A DNA stretch of 28,009 nt from Deinococcales bacterium (GTDB taxonomy: Bacteria > Deinococcota > Deinococci > Deinococcales > JAAFIG01). The stretch lies in contig JAYWGM010000039.1 in assembly GCA_043778225.1 (NCBI GenBank), forward strand, positions 1 to 28,009, in the 5' to 3' direction. The position numbers and the translations under genes are program-made. The notes beneath the pieces are model-generated. The model was not told the DNA's origin and did no database searches. It saw nothing but the letters and a program-made list of their open reading frames with translations. Position 1 is the stretch's first letter, and each line of letters starts with the position of its first letter. This document shows, piece by piece, positions 18,508-27,498 of this stretch.

Positions 18508-19275
18508 ATGACCCATCCAGTAAAAGACCTGTCCAACGCCCCTGTGGTCATTGCCGCCAATAATGTCAACAAGTATTACGGGCAGTTTCATGCCTTAAAA
18601 GATGTCAATCTCGAGGTCAAACGCGGCGAGGTGGTGGTCGTGATTGGACCTTCGGGCAGTGGAAAAAGCACCTTTATTCGCTGTATTAACCGGCTCGAGG
18701 AACACCAAACAGGTAAAATTACGGTGCAGGGCATCGAGTTAAGCAACGATGTCCGCAACATAGATGCGATTCGCCGCGATGTCGGCATGGTTTTTCAGAG
18801 CTTTAATTTATTTCCGCATTTAAGTGTGCTGCAAAACATTATTTTAGCGCCAATGCGGGTTAAAAAAATCGAGAAAAGCCAAGCCGAAAGTATTGGACGG
18901 CAACTGCTCGAGCGGGTTGGCATTCCCGAGCAAGCCGATAAATTTCCGGGGCAGTTAAGCGGCGGTCAGCAGCAGCGTGTGGCAATTGCTCGGGCTTTAG
19001 CGATGCAGCCCAAAATTATGTTGTTTGATGAACCGACCAGCGCCCTGGACCCCGAAATGATTAAAGAAGTGCTGGATGTGATGAAAGAACTTGCCCGCAG
19101 TGGTATGACGATGATGTGTGTGACCCACGAAATGGGTTTTGCTCGAGAAGTCGCTGATAGGATTGTCTTTTTTGATAAAGGGCAAGTGGTTGAAGAAAGC
19201 ACCCCAGACGATTTTTATCACAACCCAAAAACTGACCGCGCCAAGTTGTTTTTAAGCCAGATTTTGGGGCATTAG
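18508..19275 (+). CDS. aapP: Amino-acid ABC ATP-binding protein
   Basis: [28 protein letters not shown] and THEMGFA motifs. Confidence 0.95.
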   Translation: MTHPVKDLSNAPVVIAANNVNKYYGQFHALKDVNLEVKRGEVVVVIGPSGSGKSTFIRCINRLEEHQTGKITVQGIELSNDVRNIDAIRRDVGMVFQSFNLFPHLSVLQNIILAPMRVKKIEKSQAESIGRQLLERVGIPEQADKFPGQLSGGQQQRVAIARALAMQPKIMLFDEPTSALDPEMIKEVLDVMKELARSGMTMMCVTHEMGFAREVADRIVFFDKGQVVEESTPDDFYHNPKTDRAKLFLSQILGH

Positions 19276-19324
19276 TGTTGCTCGAGCCTTTTCAAAAAGC
19301 CAATTTTATGCGACAATAAGCAGC

Positions 19325-19561
19325 ATGAACAGTGTCCTGCAAAATTCAATCGCTCAACTTCCAGCCAGCCAACAACTCGAGTTGGCACAATGGATTCTGG
19401 GCAGTGTAAAAGCACAAATTGAGCATTCCAGTATTTCAGATTTAACACCACCTGAGTTACGCCAAGCGCTCCAACGCGCCATTGATAATCCCAAAAATGG
19501 TAAAACTCCAGAGCAGTTGTTTGAAGCCTTAAAAACCAACCGCGAAGTACGGAATGCCTGA
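19325..19561 (+). CDS. Putative addiction-module antitoxin
   Basis: LP..QQLELAQWILGS...EL...L.R....P..G...EQL pattern of addiction-module components; TGATG coupling to the next gene. Confidence 0.65.
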   Translation: MNSVLQNSIAQLPASQQLELAQWILGSVKAQIEHSSISDLTPPELRQALQRAIDNPKNGKTPEQLFEALKTNREVRNA

Positions 19562-19869
19562 TGTACTTCTTGGTTCTTGATGACAAAGTACAGGACAATT
19601 TATTGCAGATTAGCCAAGATTTAAGTGAGGCTCGAGACCAAAAATTTCTACAGACACTAAAAAACTGCCTCGATTTAATTCTCGAACATCCGCTTGCCAT
19701 GCCGAGTATTGGCGTTGACAATGCGTTTCCCGACTTATACCGAATTAACTTAATCACTCTCGTTTACCCAAAAAACGGTCAAACTGTCGTTCTTGCTCAC
19801 AAGACAGCACCTTGCGGTCTGTTCGCGCTTCAAACGTTAATTCGGTTTCGTTGTCACTCCTTTTCTTGA
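19561..19869 (+). CDS. RelE/ParE-like toxin, C-terminus possibly degenerate
   Basis: N-half is ParE-like (VQDNL..I...L...F...L...LDLI.EHP). The C-terminal part is atypical and runs into a repeat region. Confidence 0.5.
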   Translation: MYFLVLDDKVQDNLLQISQDLSEARDQKFLQTLKNCLDLILEHPLAMPSIGVDNAFPDLYRINLITLVYPKNGQTVVLAHKTAPCGLFALQTLIRFRCHSFS

Positions 19870-19932
19870 CCCTAAACACGCACCTGTCTTGACCACAAAC
19901 GCGCACCTGTCTTGACCCTAAAGATGCACCTT
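19864..19932. repeat. 3 x 23-bp imperfect tandem repeat
   Basis: TCTTGACCCTAAACACGCACCTG / TCTTGACCACAAACGCGCACCTG / TCTTGACCCTAAAGATGCACCTT. Confidence 0.9.
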
Positions 19933-19969
19933 ACGGGCTGGGTCGCTGACGGGCGTGGTCGCATAGTCG

Positions 19970-20000
19970 GTTAATCAGTCAAAATACGCGACTGATTAAC
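19970..20000. repeat. Perfect 11-bp inverted repeat with 9-bp spacer
   Basis: GTTAATCAGTC-AAAATACGC-GACTGATTAAC. Confidence 0.85.
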
Positions 20001-20032
20001 ACAATTTGGTATAACACCATTTGGGTAGGGCT

Positions 20033-20070
20033 AAAAACTTAACGCCCTACTTATCTCAAAGTAAGGCGTT
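20033..20070 (-). terminator. Intrinsic terminator of the Ugp-like ABC operon
   Basis: Minus strand AACGCCTTACTT-TGAGAT-AAGTAGGGCGTT (one U-G pair) followed by AAGTTTTT. Confidence 0.7.
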
Positions 20071-20088
20071 TGCAGTTCAAGAAATCGT

Positions 20089-20114
20089 CTCGAGCGGGGT
20101 ATCAGCCGCTCGAG
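20089..20114. repeat. Hairpin closed by two CTCGAG sites
   Basis: CTCGAGCGG-GGTATCAG-CCGCTCGAG, 10 bp after the SBP stop. Confidence 0.8.
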
Positions 20115-20124
20115 TCTCAAGCAA

Positions 20125-21438
20125 TTATTTACCGACTGTATCGTTGTAGCGTTTCAAAGCAGCATCGGCTTTGACTTTGGCTTCATCAAGGGCTTGCTTG
20201 GCTGGCTTACCTTTAATCACTTCTTCCCACGCCGAAACCACATAGGTGCGAATTTCGGTGAATTGTCCCATCAAGCAGCCAGCGCTGGTGCTGTTGGATT
20301 TGCTGGTCTCGAGTTGACGAATGGCGGTGATAAAGTTGTTGTTTTTGACTTGTCCTTGCTTGACATCCACACGGCTGGTGACACCTTGCACCACTGGGAA
20401 ATAACCTGTGCCTAAGTGCCAACGGGCTTGGATGGCTGGCTCGAGCATAAATTTAATAAAGTCCCAAGCGCCATCTTGTTCTGGGGCAGCAAAGCCTTTG
20501 AGCATCCAGAGACTTGCGCCGCCAATCGCGACACCATTGCGTTCTTTTAAGAATGGGTAAAACGAGGTGCGAATTGGGAATTTACCACCAACTGCACGGG
20601 TTGCACCAAACAAGTTGGCGGTGCTGGAAACGTACATTGCGGCTTGCGAGTTGACAAAAGCATTTAATGAAGCTGTGCCGTCGCGCCCGACTGGCGCAGC
20701 ATAGCCACCCTGCGCCAAACGCCCAAACATTTCTAAAAATGCCACGGCGGCTGGGTTGTTAAAAGTGGTTTCGGTGGCACGGGCTTTGCGTCCGTTTTCG
20801 TTATTGCAGTAGGCATAACCACTGTTATAGCCAAATTGTTCGATAAACCAAGAATCGGCATTCCAAGTGATTCCATAACGGGTGGTTTTGCCGCTTGCAT
20901 CTTTAATTGTTAGGCGCTTAATCGTGTCCTCGAGTTGCGCGAGGTTATAGAGTGGGCGTTGTTCGACACCGCTTTTATTCAGGGCTTCGGCATTAAAGTA
21001 CAACAGTGGGTTGCTCGAGTTAAACGGCAAGCTGCTCATTTTGCTGTCTACAGTGTAATAGTTGCGTGGTTGGGCAACCAATTTTGAAAGGTCATAACCC
21101 TCTTTTTTGGCAACGTCCTCGAGTGGAATGATTGCCCCCGAGTCCACCATAAAGCGTGTCCCGATGTCGTAGACCTGAACCACATTGGGGTAGCCTTTGC
21201 CAGCTTGTAGACCAGCCCGAAGTTTGTTGAGGGTGTCGTCGTAGTTACCAGTGTATTCGGCTTTGATGGTGATTTTTTCTTGGCTGCTGTTAAAGGTTTT
21301 GACCAAACCTTCGACTTGTTCGCCAAGTGAACCGCCAAGTGCGTACCAAAAGGTGATTGTGGTACGTCCAGATTGCGCTGCGGACAGGGTAGCCGCGCCG
21401 ATGAGTGCCAGACCAAGTGCTAAGAACCGCTTTTTCAT
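20125..21438 (-). CDS. ABC substrate-binding protein, UgpB-like (CUT1 family)
   Basis: Signal peptide; QVYDIGTRFM, SLPFNSSNPLLYFN, GGASLW and WHLGTGYFP motifs. Confidence 0.9.
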   Translation of the reverse strand: MKKRFLALGLALIGAATLSAAQSGRTTITFWYALGGSLGEQVEGLVKTFNSSQEKITIKAEYTGNYDDTLNKLRAGLQAGKGYPNVVQVYDIGTRFMVDSGAIIPLEDVAKKEGYDLSKLVAQPRNYYTVDSKMSSLPFNSSNPLLYFNAEALNKSGVEQRPLYNLAQLEDTIKRLTIKDASGKTTRYGITWNADSWFIEQFGYNSGYAYCNNENGRKARATETTFNNPAAVAFLEMFGRLAQGGYAAPVGRDGTASLNAFVNSQAAMYVSSTANLFGATRAVGGKFPIRTSFYPFLKERNGVAIGGASLWMLKGFAAPEQDGAWDFIKFMLEPAIQARWHLGTGYFPVVQGVTSRVDVKQGQVKNNNFITAIRQLETSKSNSTSAGCLMGQFTEIRTYVVSAWEEVIKGKPAKQALDEAKVKADAALKRYNDTVGK

Positions 21439-21562
21439 ACGTTCCCTCCGATGGAGCTTTGAGTGCTGAGCTACGAATTATTCGTCAGGTGCTTTTGACT
21501 TTGAATTTGGGTCGTGCTGAGTTGTGAATCGAGCCATGATGGTTACTCGAGGCGCACAGCTT

Positions 21563-22378
21563 TTAGCCCTTTAAGCTGCCCATTGCAATGCCACGGACAA
21601 AAGCCCGTTGGGCAATCAAAAAGGCGATTAAAGTTGGCAATAAAATAATCACGGCGGCAGCAGCCACAATGTTGTAACGCACGGCTTCGTCTGAGCCAAT
21701 AAAACGCAAGGCAATTTGGGCAGTTCTCAGTGGCTCAGAATTGGTCACGACCAAGGGCCAAAGATACATATTCCAAGTGCCTAAAAAAGTTAAAGCCGCC
21801 AGTGCGCCAAGGGCAGGCATGGCAAGTGGCAGGGCAATATGCCAGAGCATCCGCAAGTGTCCAGCCCCATCCATTCGGGCAGCATCAAAAAGTTCTTGCG
21901 GCAGGCTCTTAAAAAATTGGCGCAGCAAAAAAATCCCAATTGGGCTGGCAATAAACGGCAGTGTTAGCGCAAGATAAGAATCCACCCAGCCAAAGCGATT
22001 GACCATGATGTAAAGCGGTAAAAACGTGACTTCACCCGGCACGAGTAAAAGCCCAATAATTAAGCCAAACAAAACATTGGTGACTCGAGACGAGATTCGC
22101 GCCAAGGCATAGCCAGTGCAACTGGCAATCAGCAGCACACCGACCGTCACCAAGCTCGAGACCAATAAACTGTTGCCTAAAAAACGCAAAAGTGGGAATT
22201 TCTCGAGCGCAACCTGATAGGCTTCTAAAGTCGGGTTGGGCGGAAAGAAACTGGGGTTATAAACATCGGAGTCGACACGAAAACTGACCGAAAAAAGTGT
22301 TAAAAGTGGCAACACCAAGAGCGCCGCATAGAGGCTGATGCCAGCGTAAAACAAAATCTGACTGAGGGTCTTATTCAT
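21563..22378 (-). CDS. Carbohydrate ABC permease (UgpE/MalG-like)
   Basis: FLLRQFF..LP.ELFDAARMDGA and WNMYLWPL. ATG 22378 overlaps the end of the upstream gene. Confidence 0.92.
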   Translation of the reverse strand: MNKTLSQILFYAGISLYAALLVLPLLTLFSVSFRVDSDVYNPSFFPPNPTLEAYQVALEKFPLLRFLGNSLLVSSLVTVGVLLIASCTGYALARISSRVTNVLFGLIIGLLLVPGEVTFLPLYIMVNRFGWVDSYLALTLPFIASPIGIFLLRQFFKSLPQELFDAARMDGAGHLRMLWHIALPLAMPALGALAALTFLGTWNMYLWPLVVTNSEPLRTAQIALRFIGSDEAVRYNIVAAAAVIILLPTLIAFLIAQRAFVRGIAMGSLKG

Positions 22379-23288
22379 AATGTACCTTGCGTCCGACAAA
22401 CCTAAATTGAAGCAGCGCCAAAAGCAGCAAGAATAAAAACAGAATCACGCTTTGGGCGGCGGCATAGGTTTGGCGAAAATTAAAAAACGCATCTTGGTAG
22501 ATTCGGTAAATCCAGACCATCGAGGAATCGGCGGGTCCGCCTTGGGTCAGTAAATGAATCTGTCCAAAGGCGGTTAGGGAACGCAAAAAAACCAGCAGCG
22601 TCACCAAAAAAAGTGTTGGGCTAATCAGCGGAATAGTAATACTCCAAAATTGCTGGGCGGCATTTGCACCGTCTATGCGAGCGGCTTCGTATAAATCTTC
22701 GGGAATTTGCTGTAAGCCAGCCGTCAATAAAATTGCCGCAAAACCAATTCCCGCCCAAGCTGTAATGACGGCTAAAGTCGGTAAGGCGGTACTCGAGTCG
22801 AGTAACCACGCCTTTGGCTCGAGACCAAACTGTTGCAGTATCCAGTTTGCCCAGCCAGTCTGCGGGTTTAAGAACCAACTCCAAGCAATTGCAGCCACAC
22901 CCGTTGGGACAGCCGTGGTCAAGAAAAAAAGTGTGCGGTAAATCGCCACACCCGGAAATGGACGCGAAATTAAAAGGGCGGCTGCAAACGCCAGAACAAT
23001 CTCGAGCGGCGCGACAATCAGGGCAAAATACAAACTCTGCCAAGCACTTTTAAGGTTTTCGGGTTGCCTAAAAATCTCGAGATAATTTTCTAAACCAATA
23101 AAAACACGGTTGCGCCCCAAAAGTCCTTCGCGCTGAAACGACAAGACAAAAGCCTCAATCGTCGGCAGCACCACAAAAATAGCCAAAAGCAAAATCCCCG
23201 GACTGAGCAGCAAGACCATCTCGAGCCAGTCTTTGCGAAGTCGCCATTTTTTTGTTCTGATGGTTGGTGTTGCCAAGGAGCGTTCCAT
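22371..23288 (-). CDS. Carbohydrate ABC permease (UgpA/MalF-like)
   Basis: FIGLENY, LQQIPEDLYEAARIDGA and LTQGGP motifs. Confidence 0.92.
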   Translation of the reverse strand: MERSLATPTIRTKKWRLRKDWLEMVLLLSPGILLLAIFVVLPTIEAFVLSFQREGLLGRNRVFIGLENYLEIFRQPENLKSAWQSLYFALIVAPLEIVLAFAAALLISRPFPGVAIYRTLFFLTTAVPTGVAAIAWSWFLNPQTGWANWILQQFGLEPKAWLLDSSTALPTLAVITAWAGIGFAAILLTAGLQQIPEDLYEAARIDGANAAQQFWSITIPLISPTLFLVTLLVFLRSLTAFGQIHLLTQGGPADSSMVWIYRIYQDAFFNFRQTYAAAQSVILFLFLLLLALLQFRFVGRKVHYE

Positions 23289-23347
23289 TCGGCTGACAAG
23301 TTATCTAGCCCATATCAGCTTTGTGTCAATCACCATAAGCTGACAAT

Positions 23348-24280
23348 TTAATAATCCTCGACCAAGCGATCCAATTCGGTTTGTCCTTGTATCACATCCA
23401 CCACGCGGTCACGGTGTAAGCCAGTAACAATCAGGGCAATTTTATCGGGTTCGATTTTGAGTTCGTCGCCAATGCTGCGGGCATCGCGTTTGCCATCAAG
23501 GTTTTTTAAGAATAAATTTGCCACCATACCGGCTGGCGGGTGGTACGAAGCTGGAATCTCGCGTTTGCGCTTTAAGAAAATCGTGCGTAAACCCGAAACG
23601 GCTGCCAGTTCGAGTAAGCCTCGAGCCATGCACACCTCTAAGGCTTTGTAAGCCCGTCCGTAGCCATCATGGTCGCTGCCACTGCGCTCGAGGACTTGAC
23701 GCAGGGTTCTACGACCCGTCAGCAACCGACAGACCCGCCATTCATCCAAGGATAACTGCACACTGGTCTCGTCGGGCATCAGTGCCATGCGGTAAACATC
23801 CTCGAGTTGCAGGCTGGGCGCAAAATCAAGCTTGGCTTTGAAATCTTTAAGCTCGAGTCGGGCGTACAAACCACTTGGGGAATCAGCACGGTAAAACTTA
23901 AAACGCTGCTGTGGTTCGATTTGTAAGCGATCCAGAACCCCTTCGATTTGTTGGCGCAGACAATCACGAATCAGGCTTTGAGGGACTTCAAAAGGGGCTT
24001 CGAGCAGTCGCTGCCCAAGGTTTTGTGACCCAGTGGCACTCAAGGCTTGCGAGAGTTCAGTTTCACTTAAAATACCTTGCCCGACCAAAATTGTACCAAG
24101 CGGTTCGCTGCCCCTGACCCCAACCACTGCCCCACGGTGTAAACGCAACGCCAGACCACTTGGGGCAAACTCGAGCCAACCGGGGGTAATCAGCTTGGAG
24201 AACCGCTCGAGGGTTGCAAAAGCGTTGCCGCGCTCGAGTTGCCCTTCAAAGGTGGATTGTCTTGGCAGGGTATCGGTCAT
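23348..24280 (-). CDS. DUF4388-like (PatA-N/GSPII-N-like) domain protein
   Basis: G.L...PLGTILV..G.LSETELSQAL, LGQRLL and LSLDEWRV...L.GRRTL patterns, typical of Deinococcus-Thermus DUF4388 proteins. Confidence 0.7.
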   Translation of the reverse strand: MTDTLPRQSTFEGQLERGNAFATLERFSKLITPGWLEFAPSGLALRLHRGAVVGVRGSEPLGTILVGQGILSETELSQALSATGSQNLGQRLLEAPFEVPQSLIRDCLRQQIEGVLDRLQIEPQQRFKFYRADSPSGLYARLELKDFKAKLDFAPSLQLEDVYRMALMPDETSVQLSLDEWRVCRLLTGRRTLRQVLERSGSDHDGYGRAYKALEVCMARGLLELAAVSGLRTIFLKRKREIPASYHPPAGMVANLFLKNLDGKRDARSIGDELKIEPDKIALIVTGLHRDRVVDVIQGQTELDRLVEDY

Positions 24281-24303
24281 GCCAAGAGCTTAGAAAGTCT
24301 CTG

Positions 24304-25059
24304 TCAGGGCTGGGTCGGCTCGAGAACCGTAAAATGATTTTTTGGCGGAATTGTGCCTAAATTATGCTTGCGACTTAGGCGCTCCAAGTACATCAGGCGC
24401 TCGGTTTCAAAAGGGTTGCGCGATGTGTTGGAAGTGACGTTGGCACTGCGCCAACTCATCAGCACGGTCGGTGGCTCGAGGCTTAAAAGTGGGTACAGAC
24501 TGGTGACCCGTAAAAACCAATCCCAATCCCAATAATTGCCAAGCTCAGGGTCAAATAAGCCCAATTCGTCGTGCAGTTCTTTGCGGTATGCCACCCCAGA
24601 AGTCAGCAGCGTGTTATCAGAGCGCAGGCTTTTTGGTGTGGTGGCTGGGCTAAACACAAGGCGTTGCTGCTCGAGCCAAACCTCATTTTCTAATTGCTCG
24701 AGAACCAACCAGCCACCTCGGTGCAGCAGGGCTTTTTCTGACCCAAGTTTTTGCAGCACGCTCGAGAAATGGTTTTTATCTAGCCAACGGTCATCATCGT
24801 CCAGCAGATGAATCACTTCGCCTCGAGCCATTTTCAGCGCCGTGTTTCGGGCATCCACTTGTCCACTACCAGCGTTGGTGAACGCTTGCACTCGAGGGTC
24901 GGCAACCCCCAAAGCTGCTGTCATTCCAGAGCCGTCACCATCGTCTATGACCAGCATTTCCCAGTTTGGCTCGGATTGCAGTTGCACATTTTGAATTGTG
25001 CGAAGCAGCAAGTCGGCGCGGTTGCGGGTTGGGGTGATTAAACTGATGAGCGGCTGCAT
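24304..25059 (-). CDS. Glycosyltransferase family 2
   Basis: ISLITPTRNR, VIDDG, ARN.AL, LLDDDD and FD..L..YWDWD motifs. Confidence 0.92.
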   Translation of the reverse strand: MQPLISLITPTRNRADLLLRTIQNVQLQSEPNWEMLVIDDGDGSGMTAALGVADPRVQAFTNAGSGQVDARNTALKMARGEVIHLLDDDDRWLDKNHFSSVLQKLGSEKALLHRGGWLVLEQLENEVWLEQQRLVFSPATTPKSLRSDNTLLTSGVAYRKELHDELGLFDPELGNYWDWDWFLRVTSLYPLLSLEPPTVLMSWRSANVTSNTSRNPFETERLMYLERLSRKHNLGTIPPKNHFTVLEPTQP

Positions 25060-25087
25060 TGGCTATAGACTCGAGCAGAAATGTCAG

Positions 25088-25187
25088 CTTTTGGTCAGGT
25101 GATACAAATCTCGACTTTTGGTTCTGGTCATACAAATCTCGACTTTTGGTTCTGGTCATACAAATCTTGACTTTTGGTCTGTTCATA
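25088..25187. repeat. ~3.6 x 28-bp tandem repeat between divergent glycosyltransferases
   Basis: Unit CTTTTGGTTCTGGTCATACAAATCTCGA at 25115-25142, with variants at 25088-25114 and 25143-25170 and a partial copy at 25171-25187. Confidence 0.92.
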
Positions 25188-25199
25188 TATACTCGAGCA

Positions 25200-26057
25200 A
25201 TGCTCAGTATCATCAGCGTCAAATATGGCTCGAGCCAATGGTTAGAAAAAAATCTGGAACTTGTTCAGAAACTGAATCCAAATCACAGTCCCCAATGGCT
25301 GATTGTCAACAACGACAACGACTCGGGTTTTCGCAGTTCATACCAAATTCTGCCAGCCGTGGCTCGAGAACAGCATAACGATAAAGGCAGTTATCATCAT
25401 GCTGCCGCCATTATGAGCGCTTTACCCGAGGTTAAGACTCGCTTTTTATTGGTGCTTGACCACGATTTTTATATTCTGCGCCAAAACTGGATAACCACTG
25501 TCACCCAGCAGATGATGGCTCGAGACTTGGCTTTTTTTGGCTCGGTCTGGCATCCCAAATGGACATACCAATATCGCTATTTTCCATCGGTGCATTGTTT
25601 TTTTGTAGACCTCGAGAAAGTTGCCATAACCGACCTCAACTTTCTGCCAGCCATGGGTACACATTGGCTGGACAACATCATCAGCCATCCAGCTTTACCA
25701 TTGCCAAAAAACTGGCGAACCAGATTGCAAATTGGACAGTTCCGCGATACCGGTTGGCGAATTTATCAGCGCTTCAAAAAATACCGTTTTGAAAGTTTGA
25801 TTCCGCACTTGAACGCCACTGCACCACGTTTTATTCCAGAACGCCTCAGTTTGATTCCGACCAAAGCCAATGCTTTTACTCGAGCCAGTTTTTTGGCGCA
25901 GGACTCGAGTTTTGCTTACCAAAATGGCTGGGAAGAATTTTTTTGGCAAGACCAACCCTTTGCTTTTCATTTGCGGCGCGTTGGCAGAAATCCACAAACC
26001 GACGAGTACCATGAACTCTGCCGTTTACTCGAGTGCTATCAGCCGACAATCCCATGA
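25200..26057 (+). CDS. Putative GT-A fold glycosyltransferase
   Basis: LSIISV.Y, WLIVNN, HAAAI and FLLVLDHDF (DxD). Start at ATG 25200, 6 nt after TATACT; the longer ORF just reads through the repeat. Confidence 0.7.
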   Translation: MLSIISVKYGSSQWLEKNLELVQKLNPNHSPQWLIVNNDNDSGFRSSYQILPAVAREQHNDKGSYHHAAAIMSALPEVKTRFLLVLDHDFYILRQNWITTVTQQMMARDLAFFGSVWHPKWTYQYRYFPSVHCFFVDLEKVAITDLNFLPAMGTHWLDNIISHPALPLPKNWRTRLQIGQFRDTGWRIYQRFKKYRFESLIPHLNATAPRFIPERLSLIPTKANAFTRASFLAQDSSFAYQNGWEEFFWQDQPFAFHLRRVGRNPQTDEYHELCRLLECYQPTIP

Positions 26058-26109
26058 GACAAGTATCAGCCGACAACCCCATGAGACCATCAGCCGACAA
26101 TTCCATGAC
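26038..26109. repeat. 3 x ~23-bp direct repeat spanning the GT stop and the ugd leader
   Basis: ATCAGCCGACAA(T/C)(C/T)CCATGA starting at 26038, 26065 and 26089. Confidence 0.9.
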
Positions 26110-26133
26110 CAAAATTGTATTGACTGGAGCTTT

Positions 26134-27498
26134 ATGCAAACTTTAACCGTAATTGGCGCTGGGTATGTTGGACTCTCGACGGCGGTCGCCATGGCAATGG
26201 CTGGGCATCGGGTCTACTTATTTGAACGCAACAGCCAACGTCGCACCGATTTACAGCAGGGCATTCTGCCATTTAGCGAACCCAATCTCGAGAATGCGCT
26301 GCTTTTACAAAAAGAGCGAATTGTCATCACCGACGATTTAGCGACGGCTGTTGATGCCTCAAGCATCATCATGTTGGCAGTTGGCACACCGCCCACACCT
26401 GCCCAAGGGGTTGACCTGACCCAAGTTTTTGATGCCGTACATCAGCTTGCGCCGCACCTTGACCAGACGGCTCGAGTGATTGTCGTTAAGTCCACTGTAC
26501 CCGTTGGCACAAGCCAAGAAATCCAGAAATTACTAGAAGAAATCGCCCCAAATGCCATTTTTGCTTTAGCCAGCAACCCCGAATTTCTGCGCCAAGGCAG
26601 GGCGCTGCGCGATGCGGTTTTTCCAGACCGAATTGTAATTGGCACAAGCCAAAATTGGGCGCTCGAGGTGTTGCGGGCTTTGTATGCGCCGCTCGAGCAT
26701 GGCAATTTGGCTGTGCCACCCGAACTCGAGCCATACCGACCCGATAAGCCGATTCCGATACTCGAGGTCAGCCTTGCCAGTGCCGAACTTGCCAAATACG
26801 CCGCCAATGCCTTTTTAGCGATGAAAATCAGTTTTATCAACGAAATCGCTAATGTCTGCGACAGCACCAACGCCGACATAGACCAAATTGTGGCGGTCTT
26901 AGCCCAAGACAGCCGTATTGGTAAGGATTTTTTACGCCCCGGACTGGGTTATGGCGGTTCGTGTTTTCCCAAAGACACCCGTGCGTTAAGTCACTTGGCT
27001 TCGCGCCGTGGCTATGAATTTCGCTTGCTCAGGGCAGTCATCGAAGTCAATAGCGAGCAGCGTTACCGCGCCCTCGAGCGACTTGAGCGGGTTTTAGCTG
27101 GTTATCGCGGTAAACGGATTGCGGTTTTGGGGCTGAGTTTTAAGCCAGAGACCGACGATTTACGCGAATCGGTGGGCATAGACATAGCCTTAGAACTGAT
27201 GGCTCGAGGTGCGATTGTGACAGCCCACGACCCGATGATGCCTAAGGCTGCACCAGTCCAAATCCAAATAAAAGCCAGACTCGAGGATTGCCTTGCAGGG
27301 GTAGATGCTGCCATTCTCGTGACGGAGTGGCTGGATTACCAAGAAGCCGATTGGACTCAGCTTGGGCAAAGTATGAAGCAAAAAATCATGCTTGATGGGC
27401 GTAACGCCCTTGATGCCCAAGCCATGCGACTGGCTGGGTTTACTTACTTGGCAATTGGGCGCAATCAGCACCAAATTAAGCGCAGGGTCACAATCTGA
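26134..27498 (+). CDS. ugd: UDP-glucose/GDP-mannose 6-dehydrogenase
   Basis: GAGYVG, AVGTP, KSTVPVGT, NPEFL, GYGGSCFPKD, FKP.TDD.RES and DGRN. Start at ATG 26134 with GGAG. Confidence 0.95.
   Translation: MQTLTVIGAGYVGLSTAVAMAMAGHRVYLFERNSQRRTDLQQGILPFSEPNLENALLLQKERIVITDDLATAVDASSIIMLAVGTPPTPAQGVDLTQVFDAVHQLAPHLDQTARVIVVKSTVPVGTSQEIQKLLEEIAPNAIFALASNPEFLRQGRALRDAVFPDRIVIGTSQNWALEVLRALYAPLEHGNLAVPPELEPYRPDKPIPILEVSLASAELAKYAANAFLAMKISFINEIANVCDSTNADIDQIVAVLAQDSRIGKDFLRPGLGYGGSCFPKDTRALSHLASRRGYEFRLLRAVIEVNSEQRYRALERLERVLAGYRGKRIAVLGLSFKPETDDLRESVGIDIALELMARGAIVTAHDPMMPKAAPVQIQIKARLEDCLAGVDAAILVTEWLDYQEADWTQLGQSMKQKIMLDGRNALDAQAMRLAGFTYLAIGRNQHQIKRRVTI

Noticed and set aside
21463..21529. GTGCTGAG-(C/T)T..GAAT present twice upstream of the SBP gene
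   Set aside because: Only two imperfect copies, too weak to call an operator or riboswitch.
20125..23288. ABC cluster without an ATPase gene
   Set aside because: CUT1 transporters often share a MalK/MsmX-type ATPase encoded elsewhere.
19864..26109. The three short repeat arrays as mini-CRISPRs
   Set aside because: Units are adjacent or separated by only 1-4 bp, there are no unique spacers, and no cas genes are present.
25059..26133. Long N-terminal extensions of the ORFs at 25059 and 25870
   Set aside because: They read through tandem repeats or overlap other genes; better starts exist at 25200 and 26134.
27465..27498. Convergent overlap of ugd and GH38 (also 14061-14070)
   Set aside because: Short 3' overlaps are common in bacteria.
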